This document shows, in pieces, positions 37,140-51,377 of a stretch of 64,000 bases of DNA (positions within the stretch are counted from its first letter, which is position 1; each line of letters opens with the position of its first letter). The notes under the pieces were generated by a model, which saw only the letters and a list, made by a program, of their open reading frames with translations, had not been told where the DNA came from and made no database searches. A program made the translations under genes and the position numbers. The DNA is from Auanema rhodensis. Taxonomy: Eukaryota > Animalia > Nematoda. The stretch spans positions 8,370,001-8,434,000 of the forward strand of contig OZ059894.1 of assembly GCA_964057225.1 (NCBI GenBank), read 5' to 3'.

Positions 37140-37344
37140 GTATTTTTCCAGTTTTTCATATTATTCTATATTTTTTTGCTATGCTTAAATATCTAATTGA
37201 TCTCGTATTTTCCGAAAAAAAAGGAACATCACATATAATTTTTATTGAATTTTCAAATTTTAGAATTGTATACATCTATGACCGAGAAGCGGTTGAAGGC
37301 CTCTTCAAGCGAAACTGTTATATACATTTCTTGATTTTTCTTGC

Positions 37345-38409
37345 TCAGAAGCTTGTTTCCCGGTAGGGTACACCTTCACTTGATGACTGCGTGTAGATGT
37401 CGTCCTCTGCTTGGCTTCCTCCTTCCTCTTCTTCTTCTTCTCTGTTATATTCTCCAGTCAAACGTTTTCTATAAGTCATATATTTTGTTCTACAATTAGT
37501 CGTATTTGCTTGTAACAAACATAGATCTTATTGTTTAGCATGCAAAAATAAATAAGTTATTTACAACTGTTGTATAAAAATATCCTTGTAATTATACTTT
37601 CTTCATTCTTTGGTACAAAAGTTAGACTGAAAAGATTATTGATGACGTGCTCCATACTAAGTGTAATGTTTGTAAATAACAAATTTTAAAGCGTCATGGT
37701 TAATGCACACAAGGACAAGTTAGCATGCTAAATTACAGAACACATACTGAGGCTCGTCGTACCACCAACTTTCGAATTGATCAATGAAATTGAGTATTTT
37801 TGACCTGTAATGATATAAGCATGCCATCAGTATTTATTATAAACATTTAATTTCATAAAATAGTATGGTTACTATAGATATAAGTTTGTTGTGAGGTGAG
37901 CTGAGAGGTTAAACAGTTAAATAAGTGTAATCCATATTGAGGTTAAATTAAAAATGAGTATATAAAACGTTTGTTACCTTAAATCTTCGTTATACATTGC
38001 CTGACTAAGTTCTCCACGAATTATGTGAGCTTCATCTCGCATTTTCTGCTTTTCTCGTTTTATATCAGCCAATAATGTTTGTATGAGCTCAATATTCTGT
38101 TCATCATTTTCCATTCGCATAATATCCTATAAAATACTTTTGAATTTTAATATGAAATAAGCTCTTATATTCACCTCCAGTTCATTGATTTTTTTCTTCA
38201 AGGTTTGAGTTAGTTTTCTCAAGTGATCATATCTTTTATCGATATATTGTAAGCGATCCTGGAACTGAAATACAAACACTTATTGAAGGTTTTTTTTCAC
38301 TTTCCATGTTTCTCTTATTCTCTACCTGAAGCGTATTATGGTACTTAACCACGGCTCTGCACAGCCGTGGTCTATCTTCTTCGTCGTACAAGACTTCTTC
38401 AACACTCAT
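37345..38409 (-). CDS. Multi-exon coiled-coil protein of unknown function, ~145 aa
   Basis: Phase-compatible GT-AG exons: MSVEEVLYDEEDRPRLCRAVVKYHNTLQ / DRLQYIDKRYDHLRKLTQTLKKKINELE / DIMRMENDEQNIELIQTLLADIKREKQKMRDEAHIIRGELSQAMYNEDLR / KRLTGEYNREEEEEGG...RETSF*. Confidence 0.75.
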
Positions 38410-41400
38410 ATATGTATTTATCTACATTTATTTCATTGATTAAATGAAAGAAAGGGCTTAACACATTTTTAAAATTGTGGAGAACTTTAGGCTTTGTAAT
38501 TACGAACTACATTGAACTATAAGGAATAACAACAAAAAATATATTATATATATATTTTTTTAGACTCTATCAAGAACAAACTTCCAAAACATTTTCAAAG
38601 TTCAAAAATGAAATTAAAAAACAACACAGATCAAAACGATAGAAATGTAGTTATATCAAATTAAAACAGATAAATAAAAAAGTTTATATTCAATGTTTTG
38701 ATAAAAGTAATGTGTGAGGATTGACCAGAAAAAAAAACATAGTTCTATCTATTAAATCTTAATTTCTTTATGAACATTGAAAAAAGTACAAATTGAGGAA
38801 TTGCATGATTGTTTCTACATACATGGAAGAAATAAGTTTCCTGATTCTTTTGCATTAATGTGTTTACAAAAAAATGAAAAATTCGGGCGAGTGACATTAA
38901 ACTCTTGTTTAAAATATAATTTTGGCACTGTCAGAAAAAATAAAACCATTCTACCTCATCTCAATCTATAGCAAATGAGAAACATGCAATCATGAACGCC
39001 TATTATTCTTCAAGAACAATTTCTTGAAGTTTATTTTGTTTAGAAGAATTTTCATCCTTATCAATGAAAACATAAGAAAAAACTTTATAATTCATTCTAT
39101 TGAGTATTAAAACCGTTTAATTATTATGAATCGGCTTTTTTTTTGGAAACACGAAAATCGATTTTATTAAATACGGCTGAAATAAAATGAAAAGGGGATC
39201 AAGTACTTAAAATAATTGTTCTGTAATATTGAAGCAGTATTTCTAAATTTTTTCACTAAAACAACTTTTTTCTTGAAATCCCAAAACCAACAGAGTTAGA
39301 TAGGCAAAAAAATGTTTACAATTTCGTTTGCTTCACTTAAACATTATGAATAAACTTTTTTTAAAACGATAAATAAATTTTACAAAAGACAATAGCAAAT
39401 TATATTAATTCGCAAAGAGACTGCTACATGGTGTAGCCGATATTGAGAAAGATGTATGTGAGAACTGAGAATCTGACGAACGATATAAATTAGCAAAGGA
39501 AGTTGTCACTGCGCCAGAATCAGAAAAACTGAAAGGATTTAACTCGGGAAGGGAAGGAAGATACCAGAATTCCGGCTAGAGAATCTCGAAGAGTAAACGA
39601 TGAGCTAGAACTTGTTGATATCTCTGTCCGCATCAATTTAAATTTTGGCTGTCGTCGTTTTCTAGTTGCTTGAAACGATGATGTCTTCATCATCATCGTT
39701 CTCAGCGTCGTTCTTGCTGTCGTTGTCGTCGTCAACACAACAAATCCGGAGAACGATGAAGAAAAAATGTGAAAAGATTGCAAAAACGAAAAGACAATCA
39801 CGAAATAGAAGCATAGAATAGTTAAAGAATCCGAAAAAGAATGTCATTCACTGTTTCATCCAAGCAAAAAAATATATCAGAAAAAAGATTGAAAAAAGTT
39901 AGTGATTAAACATTAAAATAGTTTACTGAAATTTTTCATTGTAATAAAATATTCGTTTCAAAAATTTCATTCAATTTCCTATTAAAATCATGTGAAGACT
40001 TATTAAATTTTCAGTAGACCGGATTTGGGAACTTTTACGCTTTGCCTTTTAGGTACTTTGCACCCATTCGAGCAAACACGACAAACCTCAGTTGAAATTT
40101 TACAACAAAAAAGTGAATTTCAATCATTATTTCTTGAAAAGCAAAATATGTAATTCGATTGTCACTGATTTAAAATAAAAAGATAAATAAATCGAATGAT
40201 AGCATCTCACGTGAATATTCATGTTTCTCAGTTTATGTCAACTTTCAACGACTACTAGTTGTTGTAATTATTATGGTTAAAAGCAATGTAAACTGAAGCA
40301 TTTTCTATTTTCTGGAGAAGTTTAACAAAAATATTTGCATTAAAAGATGAGTTGTATTGAATAGACAAAAAGCTATAACATTGTTTAATGTTAAGCCACA
40401 ATGCTTTTGGTTCATAAATTATTTATTTATATAATACTAGTACATTTCAGAAAATGGAAACATAATCTTAAACTAAAATCAGTATTATTATTATTTGATC
40501 ATGTGGAATATTTTTTTTTGAAATTCTTACTAGTAATTTTCAAATAATATGTAGATAATGTATTGACATATATCCTATCATATATAAATATATATAGTAT
40601 ATAGAAAAATATTTATAATAAACGATAAATGAGGATCGTTGAGTTTGGGAGGAGATTTCTTGAGTTATCTTACTTAGTTACATACCATGTTTGTCAAGAA
40701 TGATTTGGTTTTAAAGTTAACATCTATGATTCCCTCGAGAAGGAGACAAACTTTTGGACAATGTCATAACTAAACATAGCTAGGGCCACATATAAATGTC
40801 ATATATTAATAGTAAGTTCATTTTTTTTAAATCGGTACACCCTTTATAAAAATTTTACGATATTGAACATATTAAACAAATTTATATTATCATATCGTAT
40901 GTAAAGTTTTGTAACTAACCTCTGGCATTTGTATTGTTTGTTGACGAATAATTAAATTGAAGTTGTTGTTAATGACGATAAGCTGCAAAAAAATTAAAAA
41001 TTTGTTGTATCTTTTAAACAAACACAAAAAAAGACAATAAATGCATAAATAACATAAATAACATAAAATATAAGCAAAAATAAAACATTTTGATAACTTC
41101 AAACAACTACTTAGGCTCTTAATGAATGAATGTTGTCTATTTCCATACATGAATTATGTTTTTACTTTTATAAGTTGTAGTGATTTTGTAACAAATAACT
41201 AATTAGACTTTGAATGTTTATAATAAAAGAATATTTATCAATAATTCGATGAATAAAACTACTAGTTAGGTTACGAAAAAGATTTGAGCAGCGCTTTGTG
41301 TGAAATAATGAGGAATGCTGAGAGACATTTCACAGAACAGTGTACAGAATATTAAAATTTTGAAAGTTCTTATTTTAGAACAGATGGAACGTAAAACTAC

Positions 41401-43818
41401 ATGTACAATGAATGAAAAGACGGATTGCAGATAAAAGCGGAAAAGCTGTGGAGGGTTTGATGCTACGTAATTAGCCGGCCACAGCTTCTCCTTGGGTCCT
41501 TTCCCTTCATCTTTTCACTTTGAAAGATCTACTCTTCTATCTCTCGTATTTACATTATCTTTCGTTTTCTCTTTTCAACTGGACATTACACTTTGCTTTC
41601 TTCAAGCATCTTTAGAGCGAACTCACACATTGGAAAAGACGAAGAAAGATGAGAGAACCAAGCAAAGAAAAAATAAGAGTTATAGAAAGGGTGTAAGTCA
41701 AAGCAGAGATGATGATTACGAGATAAACAGCAAGAGAGAGGAAAAAGAGTTTAAGAGATAGAGATAATGAGGAATACATGAACTAGCCTAAAGCAAAATT
41801 AGATGGAGAAACAAATTCATAGCAATCCCTATATCCGATAGCCAACACATCAATCTCTGAACATATTTTTGCAGGTTGATGGGTTTCAAGACTTAGAACT
41901 CATGAGGTTAGCTGGTCAACCGCAAAGCTGGACTAACCGTTTTTGAGCTAACTTGAAATAAATTGAATTTTCTGCTTGAAATCATCGGTTTTCCAGAGAT
42001 ACTAAATATCTCCGGAAACAACAAAGAAATTTTATGTTAAAAGATATTTTTTGCACTTTCTTCTTTTTTCTTAAAAAATCATATGAGTAAAACAAAAAAA
42101 TGCACGCAAAAGCTGAAAATTTTTGCAGGTTCCAAACATTTTGAATGGATGTAACAGAAGAGTGCCCGAAAATAGTAGAATTCATTAGTATATTGATCCT
42201 GAGGTTCACAAAAAAATATGAAAAATTTAAAATCACAACAGCTAATGAATGAAGGAAGTGAAAATTGGTCTTTATTTCGTTTTTCTTTTATTTTTTTTTC
42301 AAATTTTTTCAACTTTGAAAAACTTCTAACTGAATATATATATCTATGAGTGTATGCGGAAAAGAAATGTAACATTTGAGAAATGAAGGTGGAAGATGAG
42401 ATGACGAAGACGAAAAAATCAGAGATCGTCTCAGCTTTCATGGTGCCACAGAAACAAAATAGAGCTTGAGGCTTTCCAAAGTCCTTCGGAAAAATTTGTC
42501 AAGGAAGATGCGGGACGTGAATTGAAAGATGTTGTAAAGACAAAAATTGCATTTCTATCGAAGGAATATCTGATCGATGTCAATGTTCTGCTTAAATGCA
42601 CAAATGGAAAATGGAACTACAAAAATAGTTTTCAGGAAAAACTAGTTACGCTTTGGAATAAAATAGTTCAACGTAGAGAAAAAACAATTGCCATTTTAGA
42701 AGGAAAAGAGTAAACTTCAAAAAGAGTTAGACAAGACTCTGGTTTGATTATGGAAAAATATGGAGATATGTTATGATATTTTTTAGTTTCTCAAAAAGTT
42801 CCGGATAAATGAATGTCTGAAACATTATTTGCATGTAAAAAATAAGTTGGAAAAACAGACAGATGACAAGCAAGGTCTGTTCTGGAAGAAGTGTTTGGAG
42901 ACTGCTGTAGAATGACGATAACAAACAAATCTTCAACATGTTAGGGTAATAAGATTTCACACATAGAGTGTCACAGCTTCGTCAGACCTAAATAGGACGT
43001 CAGAGTATGGGTCGTTTGAGGAAAACATAACTTTTGGCTGGAAGAAGTTTGTGTATTCATTACTCCAATCTGAATTGCCACAGAGCTTTCGGCTTGAAAA
43101 GCTCCCAAAGAGATGTTTTGGCAGCGAACGTTTTTCATGTTTCAACTCTATCTGTCATTGGATTTACATCGCAATCGCCAATACGCACTCGACAGGTTTA
43201 AGTTAAGTCGGTTACAACAACAACAAAATTTCAGATATTAACCAGAATGTTAAAGCTGTACTTATAAAATATAGTAGTTGATATGAATATCTTGAGATTA
43301 GAAAGAACACTGTCTGATAAGTTGAAAATAAAGAATGATACTTTATCAAGTTTATAATCTTAATATTTGTCTTAGAGAAGCTCCTAACTGATAAGAGTAT
43401 ATCGTTGAGTTGATGCACAGGTCAATTCTGATAACGCATATAGATTGTTTCATATTCCATATTTAACGTTTTTTAAGGATCTGGATAAATGGTTCGTTTT
43501 ACTTTATTTTCTATTTTTGTCTGATTTTTCACAAAAAATGAAAAGTTTTTTTTTTCACAAAAATTAGGACTCCTATTTCTTAATCGCGTGTCTATTTTTT
43601 TACTATTTTATTAGCAATATTGGTTTGTACTTCAATTATTTTGAATATACTAATGAATTCATAATAGTATACATACATACTTCTGTACATGAATTAAAAA
43701 AAAATATATATATAATTATAAAATATTAGTTTGAAGTGAATACTAGCTATAGTAGCAGTATTAGCAGTAAAGTAAGTAACAGCAGAAGCTGTAGCAGCCG
43801 CAGTAGTAGTAGTAATAA

Positions 43819-44037
43819 CTATGTAGTGCGAAATCTATTACTCATAGAAAACTTCTTCTGGCAGCCATAATAAGCCTTAGACTCAGTAATCATGTGATAG
43901 ATCTCTGATTCTGGACCATCACATTGCTGAAGTCCCATTGGGCTACCACAGCGAACTACAGCTTCAGCGTTTTGTGATTGCATCATTGCCAATCGAAAAA
44001 GCACTTTTTTTTCGTTCAGTGTGGCTAATTTAATCAT
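43819..44037 (-). CDS. Possible small single-exon protein or terminal exon (72 aa)
   Basis: ATG directly follows a TTCTTTAG acceptor-like site and the segment is less AT-rich than its flanks. No recognised domain. Confidence 0.3.
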   Translation of the reverse strand: MIKLATLNEKKVLFRLAMMQSQNAEAVVRCGSPMGLQQCDGPESEIYHMITESKAYYGCQKKFSMSNRFRTT

Positions 44038-44525
44038 CTAAAGAATTTATTGATGATTGAGTTTTTGGTGAGCTTGAGCTTACATTATTTGAAAAACAAT
44101 TAAAAATGAAATAAGTAACATGATTAGTAAAAAAAAGCATAATTCTAGAAATTAGTATAAAACAAAGATAGAGAAGTATGCTAAAAACCTCGAAGAAAAA
44201 ATAGCCAAGAACTTAAAAAGGGAAATAAAGAATCCAGCTGAGGTTCTCAGTTTATTTAGAGATAAATAGACGGAGAGAGAGAAAGAGCGAGGGAGGGGGA
44301 GATGGGATGAAAGAATAAGAGAGAAGAGAAACTGTGCCTATAATCGGGTTTTTGTGTACGAAAACCAAAAACATATCAAACATTTTGCTTTCTTTAGCAC
44401 ATTTTGAATGACAAATTTGATTAGTGGTTGTAGAATTGGACTATTTTCGTTAAAACTAAGAAGTCAAAGTATCAGATATGCCCCCCAAAGAATGTAACGA
44501 TATTTGTATGATATACTAATATATA

Positions 44526-44528
<3 letters not shown>

Positions 44529-44558
<30 letters not shown>
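44529..44558. repeat. (AT)15 microsatellite
   Basis: Direct read. Confidence 0.9.
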
Positions 44559-44562
<4 letters not shown>

Positions 44563-47500
44563 GAGAAAAGGAATATATGTATGTTAGAATGGATGTTTGA
44601 ATAAGTTCACAGAGCCGTATTAGAATTTTTGCGTCAATTTTTTTTTTGGAAAGATAAATTAGTAATGTGTCATTTTGGCACATGCACTTAGTGAGGAGCG
44701 GTTGTTTGATTGTTGAGAACTGTCCTATACGTTTTTCAATTTCAATTTCAATTTTCATTTAAACATTATCATTTTGTAAAAAAAGTTTTCATTTTAGGTC
44801 TGGCTTAAGCTAATCTTAATATTGGCACTTATTGAGTTTGTTTCTAGTGCAAATATATTATTCGCTAACACATGGCAATCCAAAAGTCATGCTCTAACTA
44901 TGCTACCTTTAGCTGAACGGTTCGTTTAACATTCACATATTGATATATTTGTTTTTTCAACGTTATTTGCATAACAATACAGAAAAAAAAACATTTTAAA
45001 ATTTATCTGGCAATCTGATGAATGATAGAGATTGGCTTGGATCAAGTCGGCATTTATTTTGTGTTTTGTTTGTAAGGGTGAATGGAAGAGTTGAAAAATT
45101 TGTTTTCCAGCCAAAAGCACTCTATTTTCTGCTTAGTATCTCTGCAATGAGCCTTGTTTTGGGAAATATTCATAAACATTTTGATCTTTAAAATGACAAA
45201 GCATTCATAATTCCATTCTTTGAGTTCAAAATGTGAACAAGAATAAGAAAATCTTAAAATATACTTATACTAGCAATAAGTCAGTGATAGTTTCTTTTGC
45301 TATGAAATAGAAATATAAGGCTTTGAAATCGTTAGAGTTATCCCTGGAGATGCTACTTGAAATATCATGTGCATACAGAGGAAAGTTAATTCAAACTAAA
45401 GACTGGAAAATGGGGAGTCAACCAGTCAAAACGAATAAGTGGAAAAAGTATGAGAGTGAAGAAATATCAAAGAATTAAGGAGATCTGAAAAAGCTCACAA
45501 CTGAAACGAGAGTGCACAGATTTATCAGTCAAAACGAGTATGTGTCGACCAGAAATGGACTTTGAAAACATTGTTCATTTTTTAGGATAGGATATGACAA
45601 CCATTGGCTTGTAAATGTTGAGAAAAAGCAAAGCAACAACAAAACAATTATGAAAAATTTGACTTTCGTCCTGAAAGTTCACATAAGCTTTGAGCGTTAT
45701 CAAGATAAACCTAAGCTTTGAAAGCCAAGTGTCTAGAGATTTCAAAGTCAGTGTTTTGTTCAGAGAAGACAGACAACGTGACATATGAATAATTATGCTT
45801 TAGTCTCTGTACTTGACTAGGAGAGAACAGAGATGAATTTAGAAAAACGAAGAGAAAAATAGATTTAAGCTTTAATTTCTAAATCTGGAATCTTCATAAA
45901 TGTATAAAATAATTCTAAAAGCTTAATGCACAGGAAGAATCGGTATTTCCGAGTGAAAAGCATTTTTTCTCTAGAATTGCCAAATATAGAAGTCTAATGT
46001 TTCTCATTAGTCTTTGAAGTGTCTGCAAAGAGGATCAAGGCCTTTTCACTGCCATATGATTTCTTCAACCTCTTGTTATCTCAGAAAGAAATTGCAGTAA
46101 AAAAAACCCTTTGCTACAGCAAAATAATAATTTTAAACAAAGGGAAAAGCTTAATAAAAAACAAAAATCATTGTGAATATAAATAAAATTTCATTATTCA
46201 ACATATCAAAACTATCTTCCAAATATGACTAAGATGAAAGATGGAATAGATTGTAGAAACGGAAGGAAATGTGATGCCAAGTGTGTTCTCCTTGCAGCCA
46301 AAATAGATGCTTTCCTTTCAAATGGAAATAGTGTGAAAGTCGCCGTCTCAAATAACCAGATCTCAAAATAGAAGTCCACAATATAAAAATAACAAAAAGT
46401 AATTTTTTTAAATATTTAAACTTCCACCCTGTAGTTACACGTAATTGTAATAGGCTGTAGCATAGAGTTATGGTTTGGAGTGAATGTTATAGCCTATACG
46501 TTAGATAACATAAGAAAATTATTTGAAGCTTATCTTATACGATAAGAAAGAAAGAGATTGACATGAATTTGTTTGATGTACACATGAAGTAAATGTGTAT
46601 TCACTTGTAGAGCAGATGAAAGTATATCACAAGAAGTTTTATATGATTCGGTTTTTCTAAAATGATCTTTCGACTTTTTAAAGACAAATAATACTTTAAG
46701 AAAAGATTTAGAAAAAACTCTTATATTCTTAATAATCTTATTACTGAAAACAAAACATCAATTCTAAGGATTAACCGTTAAAGAATATAAATTGAGGCTT
46801 AGTTACAGACGTATTCTAGGCCATTCATGCTTTTTGGAATTTGTTCAACTTATTTCCACAAAATATTGAGCCAAAAAGTACTTCAGACAGAGAAATTAGG
46901 AAGTAGGAAAGAAGAGGGAGAGTTTTACAAGTGTTAGTCTAGTCATGAGAGCCGGAAATTGAGATCTATCATGTTAGGCCAATCAGATAGAGAAGGAAAA
47001 GAAGAAGGACCTCCAAAGCTGGAAGAAACGAGGTTTTTCAAATAAAAATTATACAAGACGGAGAGTTAGAGCTTCAGAAATATTCAAAGCTTAATAGCGA
47101 AACAATGATTTGAGAAAACAATAAATCCGGCAATTTATTTTTTCAGTTTTATGTCAAAGAAAAAAAATCAGAACTAATATTGGGAAACATAATTTATAAT
47201 TTATCCTGTAACACGTTTGAAGATGAAGCTGGAACGTTTATGTTATTCGAGTTTAATTTGAAATGTTTTTGTATAATGCTGAGCCATGCGAGAAAAAAAG
47301 AAAAACTCAACGATAAGTGAACAGAATAATTTCTCATGTATACAAATAAATAGAAATGAAAGCCATCATGAGGCATTCAATAAGCCTTAAATTTGCCGTT
47401 CACTAAGATATATGGATATCGTTCTAAGATTCAAAAAGAGGAAATTATAGGGCTTTCACTGCCGTTAAACAGACAGATCAAGAGAAAAACGAGATGTCTC

Positions 47501-48104
47501 TCGGGGCTATTCAGATTTGGCAGGTACTCCTGGAAAGCTTTTCGTGATTTAAGAGTGATGTCCATCTTGTTAAAGTAGACAGATCAGATGTTGGCTTCAT
47601 AAAAATACGTACTGAAGTTGATTTCTAGTAGCATTGGAAGAGAGATGTAAAAAGAAAGTGAGATTATTTAATGCGCAGCCGGTCTTCTGATGACACAAAA
47701 TATTTGGGTTTCTACTGTTGATGCCACAATTCATATTGTCCTTAGAGAGTTTTGAGGCTTCCGATGACTGTGATGGACGACGACGTTGGCTTGAAACACT
47801 CGTCTGTCATAAAGCTTTGTCTTCGTCTTTGTTTCTCATCTATATCTATTCTCCTTTGGCTCATGCATCCGACTTCGTTCCAGCATGGAAACATGGAAGA
47901 GTAGCTCCAAATTTTTTCTTCTGTTTCTCTATCTCTCTCTCATTCCTTTTCATTTCTTCGCTTTGCTATTTATCTATGACGTTTGTCTTTTTCCCAGATG
48001 ACTTGGAGCTTGGATTTGAGGTCTTGTCTGCTTGCCTTTCTTCATCCTATAAATTCAGCTTCAGTTTCTTTAATAACTAAAAACAAATATTCATCTGAAG
48101 GAAA

Positions 48105-50817
48105 ATGAATGAAGCAAATAAACATGATCTTATTCACTTAGGGTATTCCTTCTTGCTTATGACAAAAAACAATCAAATGAAACAAATACAACATTTTTTT
48201 GTAAAATCCATTGGGAAAATGATAACCCAAACACAAAATGTTTCTTCTTAACATTTGAAACAAAAAAAATTATTTGCAGCTTACACGATCGGGGTCATAA
48301 TGTTTCAATGTACACCCAAGTAAGTTCACCTATAGGCAAATTGGGAGATAAGATTACTAATATTCAGAGTATTTTGCCAAGTAAAAACTGATCATGCTAT
48401 CTTGATTATGTAGCTTTTTTTCAGAACAATATCGAACAGATGATACAGCAATGATTGGAAAACTTTTCTGGTTTTATGAAATGGGTCCATATTTGCTTGA
48501 GAAGCCACATGAAATTGGATTTCAATATATGAATTATATGAATAACGATGGTTAATGATCAGATTTGTTCCTTCCCACAACGTTAATGTTTAAGAACAAT
48601 TTTTAAATGTCGTCAACACGTGCTATGATCTGGTTATTGTCGATGAGATGTTCTGCGTATCACAAGCAGCTATTGCTTTACATCTGAGGAAAAAATGTGG
48701 AACCAAAATTGCATTATTTTCTACAACTGGTTGGATCATTTTGAGTAAATTTGTTTATTAATATTAACTCAGATATATTCGCATTGTACTCCCAATATCG
48801 AGGTTTATCAAGAAATCCTGTAACATATCCCAAGTCGATTATCAATTTGTTTCCCGTAATAACATTTTCTTGTTTTTCAGTTATTACACGAAAGGATATA
48901 GTATGTTCGATTACGATCCAGCTAGCCTTGGACCAAGAATAGCTACCCTAATAGATGTACTTATCGAACCGGTAACATATTATATATTTTTCTTTTCACA
49001 ATGATATCTTACCTTGTTTTCCGATTTTCACAAGATGGCTGAACTCACGTTGGGTAACACGTGCAGGAAATTTGCTCCAGTTGGATGCTTCCCATGATAT
49101 GCTTTTCAAAGTATTTTGACATCAAGTGATAGTATTTCGGAATTTTTTTTATTTCAGGAAAATCTTATATCGTTCATAGATTATCCATCAACATATGGTA
49201 TCGCCACACCGAAATCAAATGAATTAATATATGTAGGAGAACATTGCAAAGGTATGCAATTGCAATCACAATACACAACATTCATTGTTTCTAGTTGCAA
49301 AGCCATTACCGAAATTGTTTTCGGACGTTCTTGAAGATAAGACATCAAAAGGCACTATCTATATAGCTTTCGGATCAATAGTAGACTGGTCTGTAGGTCC
49401 ACCTGAGGTAATTTACTTTAATATGATCAAATCCCAAAAAAAGATATTGCTTATGAGTCATGATGAGAAAGTGACTATTTCAGACAATCCAGACATTCAT
49501 AAATGTTCTGAACAAATACAAAGATTATAGAGTTATATGGAGTTATGCTGGAGCTGAGGTATATTATGATAGAAAATTTTGTTTTTATTTTGTGTTCTTC
49601 ATACTCTTCTATATTAGATTGAGAATGTCCCTTCACATATTCTTCTTACAAAATGGGCTCCTCAAAATGATATTCTATCTCATCCTAACACAGTTTTATT
49701 TTTCACACATGGTGGATTGAAGAGGCACACTAATAGTTAATTATAAAAAATTGTAACGTTATAATTGCAGTTTGAAAGAAGGTATATGTTCCAAAACTCC
49801 GATGCTTTTCCTTCCCTTCTTTGCGGATCAACCTAAAAATGCATTGTATGCAATATATATGGGAATAGCTGAAGCAATCTATAAAGGGGTAAACAAATAT
49901 TTTAGTTATTTGGTTCCAAATTCAAAAATACAAAAGTATTTTACTTTTTAACAGGATAAATGTTACAAATATAGTAATCTGCTTTATATCTTTCATATAT
50001 TTTTCTTCAGAATATTACTGAAGTTGAAATGGAGCGAAAAATTAACAAAGTATTGGAAAGCCCTACCATGAAACAAAATATTGATAAAGTAAGTTTTCTC
50101 TAACAAGATTGGAGAAATTTTATGTAAATACATAGATGAAAATGCATTATATACCAAAAATTTGATTTTCTTCGTTAATTTAGTCCAAAACTTTGAATAA
50201 ACTGAATACATTTTGCAACATTAAAACGGTTAATTGCATATTTACTTGAAGTAGTAACTTGAAAAAGTGTTAATGAATCCTTTGTTATCATCAAAGTTCT
50301 ATATTTTATTGTTTGCATATCTACAACAAGTATGAAAATGTTTTTATACAATTTCTCTCTTTGTTTCTTTTCCTCATTAATAGCTGTTAACAAAACTTTA
50401 ATGTTTCATATATGAAAAAAGTTTTAATAAGAACTAATGTTGTTGTTATTGTATTGTTCAATACGATACTTCACTCCCGAACAAAGCATCATTTTCTCAT
50501 ATTAGCTGTCAAAGAACATAATTTGTTTGCAAAAGATGCGTCTAGCAGATATATTCTCACGACTATCATTACTATATTGAACTATGATCATATTAAGTAT
50601 TTACTTATTTATTTATTTTCAGTATCACAATATATATCTTGATAATGTTATGGATTCACTTGATCTTGGAGCATATTGGACAGAAAAAGTTTTAAGTTTT
50701 AACAATTCATCTCGGAAATATCGTGATATTAGAGGCAAACAGATGTATTTGCTTGAATACTTATATATCGAAGCGTTTGTTGTATTTGGAATTATAATTT
50801 ACATTTTCAGCACTTAG
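48105..50817 (+). CDS. ugt: UDP-glucuronosyl/glycosyltransferase (nematode ugt family), many short introns, 5' end uncertain
   Basis: Spliced exons give DLVIVDEMF, IYVGEH, GTIYIAFGSIV, the UGT signature [29 protein letters not shown]...PMLFLPFFADQPKNA, and a C-terminal TM YLYIEAFVVFGIIIYIFST*. Confidence 0.9.
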
Positions 50818-51377
50818 ATTTTGCTGTGTTCTGATATTTGTTGTCATTTCTTTGCCATACAAACGGCACATAACAATGTTTTTGCTTTTTCATTATTTCT
50901 CTGAGAGACAGAGAGAGAAATAAAAAAAAATATATCTTGAGGACAAATGATTTCTTCGTTTTCTGCTATCTTTATTAAGCATAATAAAACATTTTTAACA
51001 GCAGACACTAAACTTATTGAGCTGTATTATATTTTTCATAATATACATATATATAATACAATACATACACATAATTTGTACTTGTGTACATGTACATAAT
51101 CATGAAATACGATGATATATCAACATCATAGCTAGGTACAATTAAGTAAATATGAAATGACCAAGTAATTAAGTTATATTGAAACAACAAAGCAACTCTA
51201 GATGTTCAAATTTGAAAACCTATGTTATGACCCGCTTGAAAATAAAATCCTAAAACAATTGCAGAAATGAAGCATATGTTATGACCATATATAGAAAATG
51301 ATAAAATGAAATTCTCCATAATACTCGATATACTGGGCTAACAAATTAATAATCCATATAGTTAATAGATGATATAA

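Noticed and set aside
39400-47700. Patches of higher-GC, coding-like sequence (39.4-39.8, 41.8-43.4, 45.3-47.7 kb)
   Set aside because: Frequent stops and no recognisable domain or terminal repeats. They could be decayed genes or transposons but I cannot support a call.
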